Positions 38,442 to 47,229 of a stretch of 64,000 bases of DNA are shown in pieces. The DNA comes from Oceanospirillaceae bacterium (GTDB lineage Bacteria; Pseudomonadota; Gammaproteobacteria; Pseudomonadales; Oceanobacteraceae). Numbering within the stretch: the stretch's first letter is position 1; each line of letters starts with the position of its first letter. A model generated the notes under the pieces. That model saw nothing but the letters and a program-made list of their open reading frames with translations. It was not told where the DNA came from and did not search any database. The position numbers and the translations under genes were made by a program. The DNA lies in the NCBI GenBank assembly GCA_002724925.1, contig PBQA01000003.1, forward strand, positions 14,487 to 78,486, given 5' to 3'.

Positions 38442-40040
38442 ATGGTAGCGAATAATCTTCTCGAAATTTACACCCTGTTATTTGGGTGGAACATGTATGA
38501 AGCCATTTGGGATGTCCTTGTGGGATCTGGTTTGGCTTTGATTCCGTTTATCGCGGCGGTTATCACAAACTTCCGAGACAACTATGAAGACAGCGATGCC
38601 GAATCGACCATTAAAGGACTAGAAATCAAGGTCGTGAGCATGATTCTGGTGTTGATGCTCTGCGTGATTCCTTATAAAGGTTGGGAAATCGACTTGGCCA
38701 CGGTCAAATATGATCTGGAGATCCCCGACTGTAATCCTCCGGCGAATACGGAAGGGCAGGGCGATAATACGGCCACCGCTTATGATGACAGCTTCGCTGA
38801 TATGGGCGGAATCGGTGTGTATAAGCCAGTAGCCTGGTCGTTCGTGGAATTTCTGTCCAGCGCAGTCACCCATACAACAATCAAGTCCATGTCCTGCGTG
38901 AACAACTATGAGTTCATGCTGATGCGTATCAGCCAGATCACCATTCAAGATCCTGAACTGAGGCAGCGCGTTCGTGACTTCCATGAAGTTTGCTACAAAA
39001 AGGCGCTGGAGCGTTTCGAGCTGAATCCTATCGCTTTACCGGCAAATATCTCAGCGGTTCAGGATGTAGACTGGATCGGCTCTCGAACTTTGCTGAATGC
39101 GGTGGATGAATACTACCGGCACCCAGAAGCCTATATGAGGAACATGGAGAGGTTTGGATTCAACCGGCAAGCGGCAATCAGGGATTCTGACGCTGCGCAT
39201 GAAACTGGCGCTCATCCGTATTGCCGGGAAGTCTGGCTTGGTGAAGAAGGCCCAGGTGTCGTGAACGAAGCCCTCGGCTTGAGACAGCTTATCCTCGATG
39301 ACATCCCAGCCGATGAGGCCGGTGATATTCTTGATGATTGGATGGATTGGGGATCACAAGTTGTAACCGTTGGTGTAGCGGATGACAACACCAAGGAAGA
39401 CCTGATCATCAAGATGATCCTCCAAGCTGATGCCGCGAACCTGAGTTCTCAGACCGACGTGGATCTGAGCAATAACTTTGATACAGACAAGTCATGGTAC
39501 AAAGAGGCCGCGGATGTGGTGTTCGCTGGCGCAGGCCTGTTTACCAGCATTGATGAGTTTTTACAGACCCATACGATGAGACAGATGGTTAAGGTTGCTG
39601 GGCCAATGATTCTGGCCTTGATTCAGATGGTCGTCATTATGGCGGCACCGTTTGTTTTGCTGTTCGGCCAGTACCGGCTAAGTGCCTTTGTTTCTATCGC
39701 TTTGGTCTACTTCAGCTTTGAGTTTATCAATGCAATCTGGGCTGCGGCTTTCTGGTTTGATAACCGGGTATTGGACATTTATATGTCCCAAGCGGGCTGG
39801 TTTGATATAGCAACCAACAGCTTCCTTGTCTCTGCTGTCAGTGCCGGTTCTATTATCCTGCTACCCGGTATTTGGCTGTCCATTATGGCCTATGCTGGCG
39901 CAGGAATGGTTCGTGGTATGGGTATGGGAGGAGTAGGTGGCGGTACCGCTTCCGGCTCTGGGGCATTCCGAGGGGCTTCTGGTCGGGCTGGAGGTGCAGC
40001 TTATCGGGCCTACCGTGGCAGAAGCGGCGGCAAGAAGTAA
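38442..40040 (+). CDS. traG: TraG-like mating-pair stabilisation protein (TraG_N)
   Basis: LEIYTLLFGW...IWDVLVGSGL, multiple C-terminal TMs, Gly-rich tail. Confidence 0.88.
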   Translation: MVANNLLEIYTLLFGWNMYEAIWDVLVGSGLALIPFIAAVITNFRDNYEDSDAESTIKGLEIKVVSMILVLMLCVIPYKGWEIDLATVKYDLEIPDCNPPANTEGQGDNTATAYDDSFADMGGIGVYKPVAWSFVEFLSSAVTHTTIKSMSCVNNYEFMLMRISQITIQDPELRQRVRDFHEVCYKKALERFELNPIALPANISAVQDVDWIGSRTLLNAVDEYYRHPEAYMRNMERFGFNRQAAIRDSDAAHETGAHPYCREVWLGEEGPGVVNEALGLRQLILDDIPADEAGDILDDWMDWGSQVVTVGVADDNTKEDLIIKMILQADAANLSSQTDVDLSNNFDTDKSWYKEAADVVFAGAGLFTSIDEFLQTHTMRQMVKVAGPMILALIQMVVIMAAPFVLLFGQYRLSAFVSIALVYFSFEFINAIWAAAFWFDNRVLDIYMSQAGWFDIATNSFLVSAVSAGSIILLPGIWLSIMAYAGAGMVRGMGMGGVGGGTASGSGAFRGASGRAGGAAYRAYRGRSGGKK

Positions 40041-40054
40041 CAAAGAAGCATACT

Positions 40055-40079
40055 AGCCCTGCAAAAGCAGGGCTTTTTT
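40055..40079 (+). terminator. Intrinsic terminator of the tra operon
   Basis: AGCCCTGC-AAAA-GCAGGGCT followed by T-run. Confidence 0.8.
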
Positions 40080-40092
40080 AAAGAAAAGTAAT

Positions 40093-40428
40093 ATGCATGA
40101 TAAAGTTTATTTCATCGAAGTAAGCAACATTGATAAAAATGCCATCAGGCCACAAATGAGAGATTGGGATTGCGACCACCTCATAAGCACGATGACATTC
40201 AGATTATCTGTAGCTGGTCGGCTAGCGTATGAACGAAGTGCTGCGTACCTTGAAACGAGACAGTTAGCAGAAGACCTAATGATATATTGGCTTCCGTCTC
40301 TTAATGCACGGTCATATGGAGACTTCAATGTAGCTGTCAAATCAGAAACGGCAAATGCATATAAAAGACGTTGGTGCCTGAAGAGAAGTCTTGAGGCTAA
40401 ATTACTATTAAAGAGCAAGGAACACTAA
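40093..40428 (+). CDS. Hypothetical protein
   Basis: 111-aa ORF abutting the next gene. Confidence 0.5.
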   Translation: MHDKVYFIEVSNIDKNAIRPQMRDWDCDHLISTMTFRLSVAGRLAYERSAAYLETRQLAEDLMIYWLPSLNARSYGDFNVAVKSETANAYKRRWCLKRSLEAKLLLKSKEH

Positions 40429-41394
40429 ATGTTTGGAGTTACAAAAATCACTCTTCTGATTACCTGCGGTATTTTTCTGAGTTCCTGCTCAACGATTGGA
40501 AAGAAATCACCGGACCAACTGGTATTTGATGCAAGTATAAACAAAGACAACAAGGCTGTTATAGAAGCCATTCAATCTGGCGCATACACCAAGCCTGAAA
40601 TCGAAGCCATCGCTCAAAAAGCTATGGATCAGCGTCTTTGCAGTCTGGCCTATGACGTGACGAGTAATTATCAACTCGATCCAAATCTGAAAAGCAAATA
40701 TCAGACGTTGTTTCAATGCCTGTTGCTTGATAAGCAGTATGACGCTGCCTTGTCGATGTTAAAGCAAGGTGCTAATCCGGAATTCATAAAGGAAGCACGA
40801 TACGAGCGTAACGATGCCCTGGAGGAGGCTACTGCATGGGGAGCGATTGATGTTGTTGACGAACTCCTAAGATTGGGAATGAAGCCAACCAGTAAAGCGT
40901 TCTATCTTGGAGTCTCTGGGCACTATCATTCAAGCTATGAAACAGCAGTGAAGTTTGTTGATATGTTCAAACCATTTATGTCCAGCTTCGACCTAGATTA
41001 TGTCTTCGTGAACAAGCCATTGCTCTACGAGGTAACGACAGAACGGAAGTTCAATGTCGAGCAAAGACGAAATCTCGCGAAGATGCTTCTTGATAACGGG
41101 GCAGATCCCAACAAGGGAATCAATAAAACTGAGTATGGTTCAGCGCGCAATGTTGATTACATTGAAACTCCTTATATGGCGGTTAAAGGTATTCCTGAGC
41201 TTACTTCTCTTTTTCTGGCTTATGGGGCGAATCCAGAATATGAACAAATGCGTGAGCAGGCCAAATTCTTGGCAAACCTAAAGCCCGGAGATCAATCGCA
41301 ACTGGGGTTGGTTGTCGAGATTAAGAATAACCTGGTTCTGCTTCAACAAAAGGATGGTCAGCGCTGGATTCCGATAACAGAAATTAAGCCTTGA
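40429..41394 (+). CDS. Ankyrin-repeat-like lipoprotein
   Basis: Lipobox LSSC; repeats MLKQGANPE, LLDNGADPN, FLAYGANPE. Confidence 0.75.
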   Translation: MFGVTKITLLITCGIFLSSCSTIGKKSPDQLVFDASINKDNKAVIEAIQSGAYTKPEIEAIAQKAMDQRLCSLAYDVTSNYQLDPNLKSKYQTLFQCLLLDKQYDAALSMLKQGANPEFIKEARYERNDALEEATAWGAIDVVDELLRLGMKPTSKAFYLGVSGHYHSSYETAVKFVDMFKPFMSSFDLDYVFVNKPLLYEVTTERKFNVEQRRNLAKMLLDNGADPNKGINKTEYGSARNVDYIETPYMAVKGIPELTSLFLAYGANPEYEQMREQAKFLANLKPGDQSQLGLVVEIKNNLVLLQQKDGQRWIPITEIKP

Positions 41395-41445
41395 TGTAAA
41401 TTACTCCCTTGCATCCAGGGGACTGCAAAGAAGCGAAGGAACTTT

Positions 41446-41946
41446 ATGCGATGTTCGATGACGGGTCGTCCAATGGAGTCCGGTGACGGCATATATGAAG
41501 ACGGTGAATGGATTAGTTGGGACTGGATAAATAGCCAATTGCATCACCAAGAGCTCATATCTGAATACCCCCAAGCACAAATAGTCGAGGTCATTCAGGT
41601 TTTCGAGGATTTAGTGCGATCAGCATATGAATATCACCTGCTGACAGGGCGCTATCTTCAAATATGGGGGGAGCTAGGTGAGCTCTATGCGGAAATAAAA
41701 CATGGTGTTCAGCGTCATCGACCAGGCACACAAGGTTCCGACGGTCGTATAGGTAACGATTGGGTTGAAATTAAAACCATATCTCCTGAGAAAGGTAGTA
41801 ACAACGTTGAGGTAAAAAGGGCTGGTAATTTTAACAAGCTAATTATTGTTAAAATCAGTGAAGACTTTGAATTTGAATCAAAGGTTATTTCTCGAAAAAG
41901 CCTCGGAAAGGGTTCAGGCAAGAAAGCCAGATACTCTTGGGATTAG
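41446..41946 (+). CDS. DUF6998-like protein with a PD-(D/E)xK-like motif
   Basis: GELGELYA...GSDG...VEIKTI. Confidence 0.6.
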   Translation: MRCSMTGRPMESGDGIYEDGEWISWDWINSQLHHQELISEYPQAQIVEVIQVFEDLVRSAYEYHLLTGRYLQIWGELGELYAEIKHGVQRHRPGTQGSDGRIGNDWVEIKTISPEKGSNNVEVKRAGNFNKLIIVKISEDFEFESKVISRKSLGKGSGKKARYSWD

Positions 41947-41952
41947 CCTGAC

Positions 41953-42432
41953 TTATGAAAACGGCTTTGGTGGATCATTGTCATAATAGTGTTTCGGGTG
42001 TCCATCCCAGATGTCATCAGCATTTCGCTCACGTTGGTCATATGCTCCTGGTGAGCTTGATGGTGTTTGCCTGATCCAGGCAAAGAAAATTAAGGTGATG
42101 ACAAACCAGATGATGCTAAACACCTTGGCTACTATCCAACGTAAAACCCGATACGGCCAAAACCGTTTTAAAGAAGCATCCATTGCGGCTCCCTCCTGTT
42201 TGATAGCATGGCCTGAACCCAGCCATACCAATAAGGCTCCAGTGATGGCGGAGATCACATGAAGCCACGGTGATACGAGCTGCCAAGGCTTACCAGTGAA
42301 TAGTGGACCCAGGCCATACGCAATCAGAGCTGCAATCCCTGCCACCGCAAGGATTATCAGTCCGAGTACGTTGTAGAACCGTTCACGACGACTGAACGGA
42401 TAATCAGTTAATTTGTTCTGTAATCTGATCAT
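41953..42432 (-). CDS. Inner-membrane protein convergent on traG, possible entry-exclusion protein
   Basis: Three TM segments and a hydrophilic C-tail; position resembles eex of SXT/IncC. Confidence 0.55.
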   Translation of the reverse strand: MIRLQNKLTDYPFSRRERFYNVLGLIILAVAGIAALIAYGLGPLFTGKPWQLVSPWLHVISAITGALLVWLGSGHAIKQEGAAMDASLKRFWPYRVLRWIVAKVFSIIWFVITLIFFAWIRQTPSSSPGAYDQRERNADDIWDGHPKHYYDNDPPKPFS

Positions 42433-43099
42433 ATTCTAACCAAATGGGTCCAGCCCAGATATATCAAGTCATGGCAGAGATTATACCAAGAGTTATCCAC
42501 AAATTCTCTCTCTATAGCAATATATATAATTATATCTATATATGACCCTAAATATATGGCGTTTAGAGATTCCCATAAAATATTATATAACTATTTAATG
42601 TACTAATTTCATTACTCTAAGCTGCATATTAAATGATCAGTCTGCCTAGAGGTTACTTATTTTCTAGAGCCGTAACTAATGATTGTTAGTTATGCACAAC
42701 CTTACTAACAGAATCTGTGGGTAACTCAATCATTTGAGACGCAGCTTTTCAGAAATATAAAACAAAGAGGGCCTTTCCTTTGGGGGAAAGTCGACTCAAA
42801 CTACAAATTTCTTGTCGTAAAGCACGTCGCCGGTGACTTCAGCAATGAAAGAAGAGCGGACTAAATCATGGGACAGAAAAGTGCCAAAAGCAGACCTAAT
42901 AGGCCATTATCAATATGGCCTAGTTATCCTGATTTAAGGTTGTCGCAGAATTTTGACTTTGAGCACAAAGCACTACCTTTCTCACAGTCTGTCTTCTTCA
43001 CAAAGCAGACCTTGAGATATAGTCCGTTTTTAGTCGGCTGTTGGTGAGGAGCGGACTAAAAACTTGTGCCCAGAATTATTCCTGATCGTCAGTTAGAAG

Positions 43100-44905
43100 C
43101 TTCTTCTGTATACTGTTCATATACACAGTATCAAGGAAGATACTCATGTCATCGGCAAGGAATGCCAGGGCGAGTCAAGTACCGAACTATGAACGTCATC
43201 GGCCCGAACAGACGCTTCTCTATCAATTGGTTCAGCAGCACTATCCGGTCTTTAAGTCTTCTTTAGATGACCAGGGACAAAGTTTGCCGCGTTACGTTCA
43301 GAGAGAATTCGAGGATTTTCTCCAATGTGGTCGGCTAGAGTATGGCTTTTTGCGTGTGCGCTGTGAAGACTGTCATCACGAGCGTTTGGTCGCTTTCAGC
43401 TGCAAACGGCGTGGTTTCTGCCCCAGCTGCGGTGCCCGCCGGATGGTGGAGAGTGCCGCACTTTTGGTGGATGAAGTATTTCCCGCAGAGCCTATTCGCC
43501 AATGGGTGCTGAGTTTTCCTTTCCAGTTGCGCTTTTTGCTGGCCCGTTACCCGGAGCTGATGGGCAAGGTCTTGAGCATCGTTTACCGTATACTCTCAAC
43601 CCATCTGATTAAGAAAGCGGGTTTTACCAAGGCTACGGCACAAAGTGGATCGGTAACGCTCATCCAACGCTTTGGCTCCGCGCTGAATCTGAATGTACAC
43701 TACCACATGCTGTTTCTCGACGGGATTTACACCGAAGACGGCCATGGTAAACAGCGCTTCCATCGGGTCAAAGCGCCGACCCACGATGAGCTGAATACCC
43801 TCGTTCACACCCTTAGCCACCGCATAGCTCGCTGCCTGGAAAAGCAAGGGCTACTCGAGCGAGATGTCGAAAATACCTGGTTGACATTGGAAGAGGGCGA
43901 GGAGGATACGCTCACCCAATTACACGGCCATTCGGTCACTTACCGCATTGCCACCGGCCCCCAGCAGGGGCGCAAGGTCTTTACTCTGCAAACTTTACCG
44001 GGGCGAGAAGATAAGGCTGATGCTAGCAGCCGAGTAGCCAACCACGCAGGGTTCTCCTTGCACGCTGGCGTGATGGCCGAAGCGCATCAGCGAGATAAGC
44101 TTGAGCGCCTGTGTCGCTATATCAGTCGGCCAGCGATCTCGGAAAAGCGTCTGGCATTGACCGCCAATGGACAAATCCGCTACGAGCTCAAAACCCCTTA
44201 CCGCAATGGCACTACGCATGTGATCTTCGAACCACTGGATTTCATTGCCAAGCTAGCGGCTTTGGTACCCAAGCCTAGGGTCAACCTTACTCGATTCCAC
44301 GGGCTTTTTGCACCGAACAGCAAACACCGCGTTCAAGTAACACCCGCTAAGCGGGGCAAAAAGCCCGATCAATCGGAAGGTCTCGATACTGACTGGTGTG
44401 ACAAGAGCCCTGCAGAGCGCCACCGCGCTATGACCTGGATGCAACGACTCAAGCGTGTTTTCACCATCGACATCGAGGTCTGTGAACACTGCGGTGGCCA
44501 AGTCAAAGTGATTGCAAGCATTGAAGACCCGAAGGTGATTGAGCTGATTCTTAATTACCTCAGGCAGAAAGCCGCTAAGGTTGACGCTGCCAAACAGCAC
44601 GAATTGCCGCCAGAGCGAGCCCCGCCACTGACTCCCAGCCTGTTCGACCCATCGCAGACTCGCCTATTTAATTGACGCTCCTAAGTTCTCAATCCATGCA
44701 CTGTCAGCCTTTGCGGCAGGCCGGTGGGGCAACTGTCGGCTAGAGATCCATTCGCCAGGCACTTTTCGGTCAAATCGACCAAAATACGACCTGCTTTGGG
44801 CGCTGTGAAGCTAAATTCTGGGGCTTAGGCAATAAAAATGAGCAGCAATTTCGGGTATGATACTTCAGCTTAGGGGTGAAAAGGTGCTTTATACTTCCTA
44901 TACCC
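43100..44905 (+). mobile_element. IS91-family (ISCR-like) rolling-circle element; left end approximate
   Basis: Y2 transposase plus oriIS-like CTTCCTATACCC at 44894-44905. Confidence 0.8.
43146..44675 (+). CDS. IS91-family transposase
   Basis: Zn-binding FSCKRRGFCPSCG, HUH LNVHYH, RLCRYISRP (Y..R), C-terminal CEHCGG. Confidence 0.96.
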   Translation: MSSARNARASQVPNYERHRPEQTLLYQLVQQHYPVFKSSLDDQGQSLPRYVQREFEDFLQCGRLEYGFLRVRCEDCHHERLVAFSCKRRGFCPSCGARRMVESAALLVDEVFPAEPIRQWVLSFPFQLRFLLARYPELMGKVLSIVYRILSTHLIKKAGFTKATAQSGSVTLIQRFGSALNLNVHYHMLFLDGIYTEDGHGKQRFHRVKAPTHDELNTLVHTLSHRIARCLEKQGLLERDVENTWLTLEEGEEDTLTQLHGHSVTYRIATGPQQGRKVFTLQTLPGREDKADASSRVANHAGFSLHAGVMAEAHQRDKLERLCRYISRPAISEKRLALTANGQIRYELKTPYRNGTTHVIFEPLDFIAKLAALVPKPRVNLTRFHGLFAPNSKHRVQVTPAKRGKKPDQSEGLDTDWCDKSPAERHRAMTWMQRLKRVFTIDIEVCEHCGGQVKVIASIEDPKVIELILNYLRQKAAKVDAAKQHELPPERAPPLTPSLFDPSQTRLFN

Positions 44906-45202
44906 AGTGAAGACTTTTACTTACAGCCAAATGCGCGCTTAGTCGCCGCTCTTTTGCCTGCGAGCCTTTATGACCCTAAAATCAAAACCGTCGTTTATAA
45001 AATGTACGGTTTGTTCCTAGATGAGTTAATCGCTGAGCTTAAAGCGACCTTCCCCCATCAGCCTGAAAATAAATTACGAGAGTATGCTTACAATATCGTT
45101 TGCTTGTCTTTCGGCAGCGGATGGATGAGCAATATTGCTCTTTGCCCTGACCTGACAAGCAAGAAAATTGCTTACAACCTGCTTTCAGAGCTAAAAGCAT
45201 AA
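44906..45202 (+). pseudogene. C-terminal half of a TetR-family regulator, HTH removed at the IS91 oriIS
   Basis: Reading frame (ALLPASLYDPKIKTVVYKMYGLFLDEL...IVCLSFG) resembles a BetI-type TetR C-domain and has no HTH; upstream sequence is IS DNA. Confidence 0.55.
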
Positions 45203-45300
45203 ATTCGCTCTTCACATCCATAGCTTACAGCTAGACCTTATTGCTCTCCCATTCACTGTTTATTAAGACGTTTATACTGGCTTGATAACAATCCCTCAAT

Positions 45301-45370
45301 ACATTCCCTAAATGGGATTATATATTGACTTGAGATCTTTTTGCTTTTACATTCCCTTAATGGGAATATA
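45301..45370 (+). promoter_or_regulatory. Sigma70 promoter overlapped by two palindromic operators
   Basis: TTGACT (45325-45330), 17 nt, TACATT (45348-45353). Operators ACATTCCCTAAATGGGATTATA (45301) and ACATTCCCTTAATGGGAATATA (45349). Confidence 0.7.
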
Positions 45371-45402
45371 AATCTTGTTTATCAGCTACTCGGGGGCTGG
45401 CT

Positions 45403-47151
45403 TTGAAACAGCATAAACGCGTTTTTTTGTATGCATTAATCAGTGTATTCACCTTAGGCCTGATGGGTTGTCAGCCTGACAGCGGGGTCGATGGGCTGAT
45501 TCATGGTGGCTATATTTATTCCGCCACCGATACTACTAACGCCACCGATACTAAGGACATTCAAGCCGTTGCATTTGATGAGGGGAAAATCGTTTATGTG
45601 GGCAACCTGACTGGCGCAGAAGCCTTGGTGGGGGAAAGCACTCAAATAATCGACCTTAAAGGCGGCATGTTAATGCCAGGACTGATAGATGCTCACGTGC
45701 ACCCGTTATTGTATGCCCTTTTTTCTAGCTACCCTTCTCTGCAACCTGCCAGCAATGTAGATGAATTAATCGCATTGATGAAGACCTACGAAAAAGACAC
45801 TCCTTCATCTAACTGGGTGATTGGTTTTGGGTTTCCTATCGGTATGTTTTCCGATGATATGCCTACCAAAGAAATACTAGATGAGCACTTTCCTAATCGC
45901 CCTGTTGCTCTTATTTCACACCACATGCATGTTTGGTGGCTGAATAGCGCCGCACTAGAAGATGCTAATATCACAGCTGAAACGGCAGACCCTCAAGGTG
46001 GGTTTATTCATAGAGTACCCGGTAGCCAAGAGCCCAGTGGTATTCTAGAAGACCAAGCCAATTTTAACTTGATCATGAATAACAGCCGTTTGCTGCCCTC
46101 TTATCAAACAATGTACCGGCAGTTTCAAGCGATTTTTAGTGAAATGGCGGCGCAGGGCTATGTCGCCTATATGGATGCCGGGGTTTCACGCAATGATATT
46201 GCATTGGCTTATTACTTAATGAACAAGTTTGGCTTAATCAAGCTGAAGGGCAACCTCGCAATGATTGTCATGCCTGACCAAGGTGTTGAAAGAGTGCGCG
46301 AAATTGCCACGGTTAGACAATGGCTGGAAACAGACTCCCTCAGATATGATGTAGCCAAGTTTTGGATTGATGGCATGATTGATAACCGGCATGCCTATAT
46401 GAAAGCACCTTATGAGAATACGACTAATAGGGGCCAAGCGTATTTCAACACCGAGATTATAAAAGAGTATATTCGTGCGGCTGAAGCAGAAGACCTAAAC
46501 ACCCACCTTCATGTGATTGGTGATGCTGCTCTGGGCGAATCAGTTGATGCTTTTTCTGAACTATCAGAGACAATGTCATTTTCAAAACGCCATTACTTCA
46601 CGCACTTACAAGTGGCCGATTCTTCGGACATCAAGCGTATAGCCGACTTAAATTTAGGCATTAATATTAGCCCCTCTTGGGCTCGGCGCGACCTGCCAAG
46701 TTCAAATGGCAAGCCTGTTGATTTGAATGATATTGAACATGCCATTGGGCCGAGATTGCACAATCACCGCTTATATTTACCGTTTAAAACAATGTACGAC
46801 TCAGGCGCTCGCATCACTGCAGGCAGTGACTACCCATTTACCACCCTAAACCCTTTTGAAGCCATTGAGGTCGGGATGACTCGACAATATTATGGCAATG
46901 GCTCAACAGGGCCGATTCCAGATGCTATTCAACCTGATCAAAGAGTCAGTTTAGAGCACTTATTAAGGTCAAATACCATTGAAGCCGCTTATCAGTTAGG
47001 TAGAGAAGATGAGCTAGGCAGTATTGAAGTGGGTAAATCTGCGTCGTTTACCCTAGTCGATAGAAATTTGTTCGCCACCCAACCAGCTGACATCGGTAAA
47101 ACAGTGGTCACCATGACAATAATCGATGGAGAAACGGTCTATGAAAAATGA
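45403..47151 (+). CDS. Amidohydrolase-3 family metallohydrolase (YtcJ-like), lipoprotein
   Basis: PGLIDAHVHP, HVIGD, THLQ, GSDYP motifs; lipobox LMGC. Confidence 0.92.
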   Translation: MKQHKRVFLYALISVFTLGLMGCQPDSGVDGLIHGGYIYSATDTTNATDTKDIQAVAFDEGKIVYVGNLTGAEALVGESTQIIDLKGGMLMPGLIDAHVHPLLYALFSSYPSLQPASNVDELIALMKTYEKDTPSSNWVIGFGFPIGMFSDDMPTKEILDEHFPNRPVALISHHMHVWWLNSAALEDANITAETADPQGGFIHRVPGSQEPSGILEDQANFNLIMNNSRLLPSYQTMYRQFQAIFSEMAAQGYVAYMDAGVSRNDIALAYYLMNKFGLIKLKGNLAMIVMPDQGVERVREIATVRQWLETDSLRYDVAKFWIDGMIDNRHAYMKAPYENTTNRGQAYFNTEIIKEYIRAAEAEDLNTHLHVIGDAALGESVDAFSELSETMSFSKRHYFTHLQVADSSDIKRIADLNLGINISPSWARRDLPSSNGKPVDLNDIEHAIGPRLHNHRLYLPFKTMYDSGARITAGSDYPFTTLNPFEAIEVGMTRQYYGNGSTGPIPDAIQPDQRVSLEHLLRSNTIEAAYQLGREDELGSIEVGKSASFTLVDRNLFATQPADIGKTVVTMTIIDGETVYEK

Positions 47152-47229
47152 TGGGCTCTCAAACCGTGCTCTAAACTTAGACGTTTACAGATTACTATTT
47201 ATTTCAATTAATCGTCACAGAGGCGAGTT

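Noticed and set aside
44876-44905. GTG start of the 108-aa ORF
   Set aside because: It lies inside the IS91 end, so the ORF is an IS-TetR chimera rather than a native gene.
15701-45370. ATTCCC-N5-GGGAAT shared by the parS candidate and the amidohydrolase operators
   Set aside because: Inner bases and flanks differ and the loci have separate origins; probably coincidence.
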